Assembly (NCBI GenBank): GCA_031259085.1
Contig: JAIRMA010000039.1
Coordinates: 10,392-74,391, forward strand
Source of the DNA: Christensenellaceae bacterium
GTDB taxonomy: Bacteria; Bacillota; Clostridia; Christensenellales; DTU072
Direction of reading: 5' to 3'
Length of the DNA: 64,000 nucleotides
Within the stretch, counting starts at the first letter, position 1. Each line of letters begins with the position of its first letter. Below the pieces are notes generated by a model. The model was not told the DNA's origin. It was given only the letters and a program-made list of their open reading frames with translations, and ran no database searches. This document shows positions 30,502 to 38,480 of this stretch, piece after piece. Made by a program: the position numbers and the translations under genes.

Positions 30502-31146
30502 TCAAAAATTCAGTTCGGGCGGCATTACTGTATTATGAGCAATCTCTTTGATCACCATACCATTTCTTAATGTCACTTGGTATGTATATGATTTTTCGTC
30601 AAACTCTATTTCTTTTAAAATCCCACTCAGAGCATAGTAAGGAATGCTTTTATATGTAAAAGCAATTAATATTTGTCTGATCGCAGCAAATTGTGGGATA
30701 TTGAATGTGTTATCTACAGTAATTCCAGTTAAGAATATATATTGATTATCTAAGGCATCTACAATCAGAGGCTTCATTTGAAAATCCATATCAATAACCG
30801 CATATTCCTCTGAATCCTTTATGTTAACAATACATGTTCGAATTCGTTCTTTTAAATACAACACTACCTTGTTAGGCCAAACCCTCTCTATGTTTTTTAC
30901 GTTTACATTTCTAGCAGGAAAGTTATCTTCTATTTTTTTTGTCAGTTCGGTCTCGTCAATGGAAAAAATGCTCATTCCTGCTCTCAGGTTTGATACAGCT
31001 AGTATCTCTGCCTCATCAAAATTAATAGGCGACGATTCGAATCTCAATTCAATTAGATCAACATTTGTAACATTTACAAATATTATTGACACAAGAATCA
31101 AAGAGATTAAAATAATACCAACTGTTGCAACTACTTTTGTTTTCAC
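30502..31146 (-). CDS. divIB: Cell-division protein DivIB/FtsQ-like (POTRA)
   Basis: N-terminal TM followed by a POTRA-like segment (AEILAVSNLRAGMSIFSIDETELTKKIEDNFP..VNVKNIERVWPNKVVLYLKER). It lies downstream of murA and uses a GTG start. Confidence 0.7.
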   Translation of the reverse strand: MKTKVVATVGIILISLILVSIIFVNVTNVDLIELRFESSPINFDEAEILAVSNLRAGMSIFSIDETELTKKIEDNFPARNVNVKNIERVWPNKVVLYLKERIRTCIVNIKDSEEYAVIDMDFQMKPLIVDALDNQYIFLTGITVDNTFNIPQFAAIRQILIAFTYKSIPYYALSGILKEIEFDEKSYTYQVTLRNGMVIKEIAHNTVMPPELNF

Positions 31147-31159
31147 TGTTTTCTCTGAA

Positions 31160-32413
31160 TTAGCAAATTTTAATTATGTCAGCCCCTAGCGCTACGAAAA
31201 TTTTATCAAGATTTTCATAGCCTCTCTCAATATGCTGGATGTCATGTACGACTGTTAATTGCGATGCACTAAGGCCCGCTAAAACCAGACTTGCACCACC
31301 TCTCAAATCCATAGCAATTACCTCAGCTCCTGTTAACTGCTTAACACCAGATATGAACGCTATTCTATCTTTTACTCTTATGTTTGCACCCATTTTGCAC
31401 AACTCAGGTAAATGTTTGAATCTGTTCTCAAATATATTCTCAACTAAGATTGTAGTTCCATCTGCTGTAGATGCTAATGCCGCTAACGGGGCTTGTAAAT
31501 CGGTAGGATATCCTGGATATGGGCCAGTTTCAACATAACCTAATGAATTAAGTCGTGTAAATGATTGTATGCATATTTTATCACTTTCAACTATAATATT
31601 GCAACCACTTTTTCTAAGTTTACTGATAACTGCGTCTATATGTGTGTGATTTGTGTAATTTAAGACTACATCGCCCCCACAAAGTGCTACAGCCATCATG
31701 ATTGTACCTGTAACAATTCGATCCGGCATTGCATAATAATCTGTGCCTTTGAGTTTTCTTACCCCCTCTATTTTTATGCAGGAAGAACCTGCACCCTCAA
31801 TTTTTGCGCCCATTGAATTTAGAAAATTTTGTAATTCTACTATTTCTGGTTCCCTGGCAACATTTGAAATAATAGTTATACCCTCAGATATAGCGGATAA
31901 GAGCATTATATTCTCAGTAGCTCCTACGCTAGGATAATCTAAAAATACGTTCGAGGCTTTCATCATGTTCGCATCACAATTAATGTACCCGTACTTCTCA
32001 ACTATTTTTACATTCAATTCAGATAGCGCTTTTAAGTGAATGTCGATAGGCCTAAGTCCAATGTCGCATCCTCCTGGATAAGCTACCTTTGCTTTCTTCA
32101 TGCGGCCTAATATTGATCCCATGAGAAAAACTGAGCTACGTAGCTCTTTCGCCTGCCTTTTGGGAATTTCATAAGCACAGAGCCCCGCACTTTTAATTTC
32201 GATGTAGCTCCCATCCCGATTCACACTAGCTCCTAGAGAAGTTATTATTCGAATCATGTTATCAACATCGGTCAAAATTGGGCAATTTCCTATCCTCACA
32301 GGCTCATCTGTTAATAGAGCCGCCGCAAGCAATGGTAACACTGAGTTCTTTGCACCATTTATATCTATTTGCCCGTTTAATTTTCTACCACCATTAATTA
32401 CATACTTTGACAT
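31160..32413 (-). CDS. murA: UDP-N-acetylglucosamine 1-carboxyvinyltransferase
   Basis: N-terminus INGGRKLNGQIDINGAKNSVLPLLAAALL and the active-site Cys in YPGGCDIGLRPID. Confidence 0.93.
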   Translation of the reverse strand: MSKYVINGGRKLNGQIDINGAKNSVLPLLAAALLTDEPVRIGNCPILTDVDNMIRIITSLGASVNRDGSYIEIKSAGLCAYEIPKRQAKELRSSVFLMGSILGRMKKAKVAYPGGCDIGLRPIDIHLKALSELNVKIVEKYGYINCDANMMKASNVFLDYPSVGATENIMLLSAISEGITIISNVAREPEIVELQNFLNSMGAKIEGAGSSCIKIEGVRKLKGTDYYAMPDRIVTGTIMMAVALCGGDVVLNYTNHTHIDAVISKLRKSGCNIIVESDKICIQSFTRLNSLGYVETGPYPGYPTDLQAPLAALASTADGTTILVENIFENRFKHLPELCKMGANIRVKDRIAFISGVKQLTGAEVIAMDLRGGASLVLAGLSASQLTVVHDIQHIERGYENLDKIFVALGADIIKIC

Positions 32414-32775
32414 ACTACACCAATAAAACTTTTATATATCATATGCATTAAACACTACTATGTTGCAGATATGTTAAATCTAAAAAATAATTTAAAATTT
32501 GTTGTTAGAAAATCTACTCAATAAATTTATAATACGGCACTTTACTCTTATGAATAGCAGTTTAAAATAATTAGGTAACTATTTAAAATATGAGTAAACG
32601 CATATTTCACTCACAATTGATTTAGAATCTATACACTAAACAGCTTCTTTATAAAACCAGATCTTAAAATAACCAGAACTCCTAATTTAGTCATAATGCA
32701 CTAAAATAGATGCAAACCCTCGCTGTTTATTATGGCAATTCTCTTTTTAAGTAGACTTGCATACCAATATTGCCC

Positions 32776-32934
32776 TTAGCAAGGCGTATTAAAATATCTA
32801 ATTCGATTAGAGCTGGTACAATGCTCCTCTCTTATCTCAAAAAGTCCTGTACATTTTGTATTTATCTCTGAATGCAACCTTGCTAGTTCATTTAAAATCC
32901 GATGAGACCTTTTTAGATAATCAATTAAATTCAT
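32776..32934 (-). CDS. Candidate 52-aa small protein (absent from the ORF track)
   Basis: AAGGAGG SD lies 9 nt before the ATG. It reads MNLIDYLKRSHRILNELARLHSEINTKCTGLFEIREEHCTSSNRIRYFNTPC*. No motif recognised. Confidence 0.3.
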   Translation of the reverse strand: MNLIDYLKRSHRILNELARLHSEINTKCTGLFEIREEHCTSSNRIRYFNTPC

Positions 32935-33106
32935 ATCAAAAGCCCTCCTTTAGAACAGGATTACATTTTTATATTAGAATATGCGATCATTTTTGTCTAC
33001 ACTAATTTTTATATAGCTTAAAAATTCTATAGCAGTTAACTATCATCTTTCAAGTACCGATCTCTTAAAATCCCATTTACTCTTACCTAGCTACCTTTAT
33101 ATTTCT

Positions 33107-33135
33107 TTGACATATAGTAAAATGTTAGTTATAAT
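33107..33135 (+). promoter_or_regulatory. Perfect consensus promoter TTGACA-17-TATAAT
   Basis: TTGACA at 33107-33112, a 17-nt spacer, TATAAT at 33130-33135. The next plus-strand gene starts at 33398. Confidence 0.6.
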
Positions 33136-33397
33136 AATTTGAAAACAAGACAATAACAGATTGCTTAAATATCTTAAACGTTTGAAATCCACTATTTGTA
33201 TAATAATGGCGTTATTTTAGCTCATATGTTTTTTTGCTTTTTTAATAATAACGTTTAAAAGTGAATTAACATTTTAATGTTAAAGGCTCTTCATTCTGTA
33301 AAAACTTCACAAGGTAAACGCTTTAAAATGTTTAAGAATTTATTATTGCTAATTTAACACAGAATACTACTATTTTTTTAGTTTATGGAGAAGGACA

Positions 33398-33889
33398 TTG
33401 TTGGATTGTTCCACAAAACAAGCAGTTTATGAATTGTTTAATTCACTTGAGATCCCATACAAAACTTTTGATCATCCACCAATATTTTCACAAGCCGATA
33501 ACGAAAAACATCGCATTGATATAGGCGCTGTAATATTTAAGAACCTATTCCTACAAAATTCAGGCAAAACTCATTATTATCTATATTCTTTGCCAATTTC
33601 TAAGCGCGCTGATCTCATAAAATTAAGAGAGCTTTTAGATGAGTCGAGATTAAGTTTTGGTGATGAAAATAAGTTGTTAGAAAAATTAAATATTCGACCC
33701 GGGTCGGTGTCTTTTTTGAATGTTATAAAAAATCCAAAAACGGACGTAATATTTCTAATAGATAAAGAAATATTCAATTCCGAATTGTTTGGAGTGCATC
33801 CAAATGACAACACCTCAACAATAGTGTTTGCACCAAATAATATCTCAACTATCTTAGATCATTTTAAAGTTGAATATAGGTTTATATAA
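33398..33889 (+). CDS. Free-standing YbaK/ProX-type aminoacyl-tRNA editing domain protein
   Basis: TTG start after a GGAGAAGGA SD. The sequence pattern (FDHPPIFS..., KNLFL, GSVSFLN) matches prolyl-tRNA-synthetase-associated domain proteins. Confidence 0.75.
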   Translation: MLDCSTKQAVYELFNSLEIPYKTFDHPPIFSQADNEKHRIDIGAVIFKNLFLQNSGKTHYYLYSLPISKRADLIKLRELLDESRLSFGDENKLLEKLNIRPGSVSFLNVIKNPKTDVIFLIDKEIFNSELFGVHPNDNTSTIVFAPNNISTILDHFKVEYRFI

Positions 33890-34259
33890 CAAAAACTAGT
33901 TTAAATTAACTCTTCTATTTTAAACCCATATGCCATAATCCGACATTTTTTTTAAGACTACATTTTTATATCTATTTTGTATAGCTGATTTTAATTATTT
34001 AAAGATTTGATTCGCATTTTTTTTGGCTCTCTAGTATCAATGATTTATATAAATACTTCGTATTTTGGAAGTTATCATTTTAAAGTATATAAATTTTTGC
34101 TAGTTTTTTCTACTCTTAACTTAAAAGTGATTAGAATAATGGGACTTAAATCAATAACAGATGTCTTGAAGGATTGTTCTTTTTTGTGATTTCAAAAACC
34201 CTTAAAAACAACTAACTAAAATTATATAAAAATACAAATTATATTATCTATTCAAAAAT

Positions 34260-34288
34260 TTGATAATTTTTGTATTTAGTATTATAAT
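34260..34288 (+). promoter_or_regulatory. Promoter TTGATA-17-TATAAT ending 6 nt before the nadD ATG (leaderless layout)
   Basis: TTGATA at 34260-34265, a 17-nt spacer, TATAAT at 34283-34288, then ttatcc and ATG 34295. No SD. Confidence 0.6.
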
Positions 34289-34294
34289 TTATCC

Positions 34295-35404
34295 ATGAAG
34301 TTTGGACTTTTTGGTGGGGCTTTTGACCCGTTACACAACGAACATGTCGAGCTGATGGAGTTAGTATATAAAAAAGCTAATCTTGATGCGTTGATTTTGG
34401 TACCATCCAAAAATCCACCACATAAAGATAAAGGGTTAGCCAGTTTTAAAGATAGACTCATGATATTGAGAGAATTTGCAAAGGACAAGCCATATGTCAT
34501 AATTGATTCAATAGAATCGACCTCAAAAAGAAATAGTTATGCTTATGAAATAATCCCGCAATTAATCAACAAGTATGGCGGTGAGTTTATCTATATAATA
34601 GGTGGTGACAGCCTTGTCGACTTTGATACATGGAAAAGACCCGATCTCATTTTAAAACTTGTTCCTTTGTTAGTTTTTTCAAGAGCTAACTATACTAGTA
34701 TTGAGCATACAGCAAGAGAACAACTATTACAAAAATACGGCGGAAGCATAACTATTCTAGATTATGTTGGCAGTGGGGTTTCTTCTTCACAAATTAAAGC
34801 TCAAATAGAGACTGGCTTTATTGATGATGCGCAAATTCCAGGTTACGCTAAATTATACATAATAGAGCATAATTTGTATAAAACTCATTCTAATATAGTT
34901 GATAAACTTAAGGCAAATATAAGTACAGAATTATTTGTGCATTGTGCTAGGACTGCAATTTATGCTACAGCGTTCTGCACTAAATTGCGGCTTAACTATA
35001 AAGATGTATTCTTAGCAACACTCTTACATGATTGTGCAAAAGAAACTAAACCACTAAAATCTGAATATCCTACAATTTCCAGAAAAGTAATCCATCAATA
35101 CGATGGTAAGACTCTAGCAAATGAATTGTATGGTATAGAGGATCCTTTGATTTTAGATGCGATTGAGTATCATACGACAGGAAAACCTAAAATGTCAGTC
35201 CTTGGCAAATTGGTCTATGTCGCAGACAAACTAGAATCTGGTCGGGATTTTGATGGAATAACTGAAATTAGAAATCTCGTTAAATATGATTTTGAAAAAG
35301 GGTTTATTAAACTTCTTGAGAGATCAACTACATATGTTATGAGTAAAGGACTCGAAATAGATCCATTGACAAAAGAAACATATGATTATTATGTGAAACT
35401 ATAA
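34295..35404 (+). CDS. nadD: Fusion of nicotinate-nucleotide adenylyltransferase (NadD) and the YqeK HD-domain hydrolase
   Basis: N-terminus GLFGGAFDPLHNEH (the HxGH-type motif of NadD). The C-terminal half carries the HD domain (HCARTA...LLHDCAKE) typical of YqeK. Confidence 0.88.
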   Translation: MKFGLFGGAFDPLHNEHVELMELVYKKANLDALILVPSKNPPHKDKGLASFKDRLMILREFAKDKPYVIIDSIESTSKRNSYAYEIIPQLINKYGGEFIYIIGGDSLVDFDTWKRPDLILKLVPLLVFSRANYTSIEHTAREQLLQKYGGSITILDYVGSGVSSSQIKAQIETGFIDDAQIPGYAKLYIIEHNLYKTHSNIVDKLKANISTELFVHCARTAIYATAFCTKLRLNYKDVFLATLLHDCAKETKPLKSEYPTISRKVIHQYDGKTLANELYGIEDPLILDAIEYHTTGKPKMSVLGKLVYVADKLESGRDFDGITEIRNLVKYDFEKGFIKLLERSTTYVMSKGLEIDPLTKETYDYYVKL

Positions 35405-35428
35405 TGCAGAAATGCAAGAGGAGAAATA

Positions 35429-35746
35429 ATGCTACCTAGTGAATTAGCAAGTAAAGTTGTAGATGTGCTTAATGACAAAAACGCAAAAGACGTTGAAGTT
35501 ATTGATATCTCTCAAAAAACTATAATTGCAGATTATTTTATCATTGCCACAGCAAATAATGTCCCACATTGCAAGGCGTTATCAGATCATGTGGAAGAAA
35601 AACTAAGTGAAAATGAGATATTGCCTATAAGGAAAGAGGGACATCAAGACGGGCGCTGGTGCATTCTTGACTATGGCTCTATAATAGTCCATATATTCAT
35701 TCCTACTGAACGGAAGTTTTTTGATCTTGAGAAACTTTGGTCATAA
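35429..35746 (+). CDS. rsfS: Ribosome silencing factor RsfS
   Basis: GAGGAG SD, with the DYFIIATANN and WCILDYGSIIVHIF motifs. Confidence 0.88.
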   Translation: MLPSELASKVVDVLNDKNAKDVEVIDISQKTIIADYFIIATANNVPHCKALSDHVEEKLSENEILPIRKEGHQDGRWCILDYGSIIVHIFIPTERKFFDLEKLWS

Positions 35747-36345
35747 ATAGGTATCTCATGACAAACAATCCAAGTGCATCTAAAAAACGAACAACCCCTG
35801 TATCATATATAACTAAAATTGCAGTTTTAGCAGCACTCTCGGTTATATTATATGCTTTTATCAGAATTCCATTATTCCCAGTCCCACCATTTAATGTTTT
35901 GAAGCTAGATTTTGCATCCATTCCAAGTTTATTAGGCGGATTCGCAATGGGGCCTGTCGCAGGTGTAGCTATTGAAGGCATTAAGGTGCTCGTTAAATTT
36001 GCAGCGGATCCCACGGAAACAGCTGGTGTAGGTGAACTTAGTAATTTCATAGTGTCTATTGCATTTATACTCCCGGCTTCAATAGTATATAAATATCATA
36101 AATCTAGAAAAGGTGCAGTATTAGGCATGATAACAGGAGTGTTAACCTGCGTGATTGTTGGTGCACTGTCTAACTATTTCATAATCGTACCATTTTATGC
36201 AAAGATGTTTATGCCCTCAATAATGAACGTCAGAGTAGTCTTTGCATTTGGATATTGTGTAGCATTAAACGCAATAAAAACTATTATTGCAAGTGTTTTA
36301 ACATATGCTTTATATAAAAGATTGTCTCCAATCCTCCACTTATGA
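35737..36345 (+). CDS. ECF transporter S component (RibU/FmnP-like)
   Basis: Six hydrophobic segments and LKLDFASIPSLLGGFAMGPVAG, resembling riboflavin S-components. The start is uncertain (TTG 35737 or ATG 35758). Confidence 0.7.
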   Translation: MVINRYLMTNNPSASKKRTTPVSYITKIAVLAALSVILYAFIRIPLFPVPPFNVLKLDFASIPSLLGGFAMGPVAGVAIEGIKVLVKFAADPTETAGVGELSNFIVSIAFILPASIVYKYHKSRKGAVLGMITGVLTCVIVGALSNYFIIVPFYAKMFMPSIMNVRVVFAFGYCVALNAIKTIIASVLTYALYKRLSPILHL

Positions 36346-36761
36346 TATTTCTCCAATCTAATAATTTAAATCAGACTAATAATATCGCTAGTCTGTTATC
36401 AGAGTATATTGCTGGTGGTGATGTCGTGCTTTTGCAAGGTGAATTAGGTGCTGGCAAAACTACGCTAGCTAGTGCACTCATAAAAGCACTAGGAGTTCAA
36501 GCGACGGTTGTGAGTCCTACCTATAATATCATAAAAGAATATAAGGGAAAATTAGACATTTTTCACTTAGACATGTATAGAATTAAATCAAGTGATGAGC
36601 TGTACGAATTAGGCATTGAGGACTGTTTTTCGCATGATTCACTAGTCATTATAGAATGGAATAAACTCCAAAATTTAACTGGACGAATAATATCAATTGA
36701 AATAACTACAGTTGATTTCAATACTAGACAATTTAAAATAACAGGACTGTTAGATTCATGA
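36342..36761 (+). CDS. tsaE: tRNA t6A biosynthesis ATPase TsaE
   Basis: P-loop GELGAGKTT, SPTYNI and DMYR motifs. Confidence 0.88.
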   Translation: MIFLQSNNLNQTNNIASLLSEYIAGGDVVLLQGELGAGKTTLASALIKALGVQATVVSPTYNIIKEYKGKLDIFHLDMYRIKSSDELYELGIEDCFSHDSLVIIEWNKLQNLTGRIISIEITTVDFNTRQFKITGLLDS

Positions 36762-37318
36762 ACGCATTAATTGTAGATGCTACAAGCTCAAAACTAGCGG
36801 TAGTTCTAATCAAGGATGCTTTGATTTTTTCCAGTATAGGAAGTCAAAAAGCAAAGAGACACGCCTCAGAAATTCTATGTGTAATAGATGACCTTTTAAC
36901 TCAATGTGGTTTGCATGCGATTGAATTAGATGTTGTAGCTACCATAACTGGCCCAGGGTCATTTACAGGAATACGTGTAGGTGTTGCAACTTGTAACGCG
37001 ATAGCACACGCAAGCAAAGCTAAAAGGATCGAGATAACTTCATTAGAGTCTATATTGTATGGGATTGATTCAGGCATGGCTTTGCTCGATTGCAATAACG
37101 ATAATTACTATGCATTAGAAAAAAATTATGGCACATATAATTATTTTGCTATTTCAAAAAGCGATTTAGACGGGTTTAAAACTGAAAAACATTATATTAC
37201 AGAATTTGACATAGATAAGACAATAAAAGTATTTAAAGAAAAATATGCTAAAAACGAATTTGTTGATGTACTAACTCCCTTTTATATTAAAAAATCCTCC
37301 GCAGAAAAATATGAATGA
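36758..37318 (+). CDS. tsaB: tRNA t6A biosynthesis protein TsaB
   Basis: GPGSFTGIRVGVA motif, with overlapping stop/start codons shared with tsaE and rimI. Confidence 0.85.
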   Translation: MNALIVDATSSKLAVVLIKDALIFSSIGSQKAKRHASEILCVIDDLLTQCGLHAIELDVVATITGPGSFTGIRVGVATCNAIAHASKAKRIEITSLESILYGIDSGMALLDCNNDNYYALEKNYGTYNYFAISKSDLDGFKTEKHYITEFDIDKTIKVFKEKYAKNEFVDVLTPFYIKKSSAEKYE

Positions 37319-37757
37319 ATTTAATTTTGAAAATATGTGTGCCCTAGATATTGAAGATATCGTGCAAATTGAAAAACTAACTTTTGGATCACATTCATGG
37401 AGCGAGCAACTATTCTATTCGGAATTGAATGACCCTATCAAACACTATATTGTATTGAAAGAAAATAATTTTGTAATTGCTTACGGCGGTTATGCACAAA
37501 TTCATGATGAAGGGCATATCATGAATCTAGCTGTAGATCAGTCCTATCGGGGGATGGGTATTGGAAAAGCACTAGTGCTAGAATTAATCTCAAGAATGAA
37601 AAATTCAAGTATAACTTGTGCTACCTTAGAAGTTAATGAGAACAACATCAATGCTATAAAACTTTATGAGAAATTAGGGTTTGAATTAGCAGGAAAGCGT
37701 TATAATTATTACGCTAAAGGAGAATCCGCACTGATTTATTGGCTCTACTTTGAATAG
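37311..37757 (+). CDS. rimI: Ribosomal-protein-alanine N-acetyltransferase RimI (GNAT)
   Basis: GNAT motif A YRGMGIGKAL, in the tsaE-tsaB-rimI order. Confidence 0.85.
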   Translation: MNEFNFENMCALDIEDIVQIEKLTFGSHSWSEQLFYSELNDPIKHYIVLKENNFVIAYGGYAQIHDEGHIMNLAVDQSYRGMGIGKALVLELISRMKNSSITCATLEVNENNINAIKLYEKLGFELAGKRYNYYAKGESALIYWLYFE

Positions 37758-37817
37758 GAGGCAGTAATAAGCCTAATAAATCATTATCAAAACGGAATAG
37801 GTGATGATATCATCATC

Positions 37818-38480
37818 ATGCATGGCTGGGGTTGCGACTCAAAGAATTTGGAAAACGTCGCGTCTATTCTCTCTCATGAATTTAGAGTCACCCTAGTAGA
37901 TTTTTATGGTTTTGGAAAAACCCCACACCCCGAACGAGTATTGAAAATAGAAGATTATGCGGATTCCATAATCGCAATCATTTCTAACTATAAAATGATC
38001 AATATAACACTTCTAGGTCATTCTTTTGGGAGTAGAATCGCAATTTTTTTAGCGGCTAAATACCCCGCATTTTTCAAAAATATAATACTACTAAACCCTG
38101 CAGGGATAAAGCCTTTTTACGGACCAATACATTATTTTAAAATAAATCTGTTTAAACTCATTCGTGCACTCAACCTGCCAATAGCAAGCTTTGGATCCAC
38201 AGATTATTTAAATTTAAAAGGATATAAGCGCGATAGCTTTAAAAATATTGTAACTTTCCACCTCAATAAATTTCTACACAAAATCACAATACCCACACTG
38301 ATTATAGCAGGAAAAAACGACAAGGTAATAAAACTATACATGGTGCGAAAACTAACACGCATGATAAAACATGCAAAATGTATTGTGATAGATAATGCCT
38401 CGCATTTTTGTCATTTAGAGAGACCAAATGAAACATTATCTGTAATAAAAGAATTTTTAGGGGGGTCTAATGATTATTGA
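37818..38480 (+). CDS. Alpha/beta hydrolase; the true start is probably upstream of the first ATG
   Basis: HGWG oxyanion motif, nucleophile elbow GHSFGS and a C-terminal His (ASHF). The beta-strand preceding HGWG (SLINHYQNGIGDDIII) is encoded at 37770-37817, in frame, between the rimI TAG and ATG 37818. Confidence 0.8.
   Translation: MHGWGCDSKNLENVASILSHEFRVTLVDFYGFGKTPHPERVLKIEDYADSIIAIISNYKMINITLLGHSFGSRIAIFLAAKYPAFFKNIILLNPAGIKPFYGPIHYFKINLFKLIRALNLPIASFGSTDYLNLKGYKRDSFKNIVTFHLNKFLHKITIPTLIIAGKNDKVIKLYMVRKLTRMIKHAKCIVIDNASHFCHLERPNETLSVIKEFLGGSNDY

Noticed and set aside
33170-33335. The AAACGTTT-containing elements in the proX leader, considered as CcpA cre sites.
   Set aside because: They match the cre consensus (WTGNAANCGNWNNCW) at only about 11 of 15 positions and lack the flanking TG/CA. 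They are probably AT-rich chance similarity.
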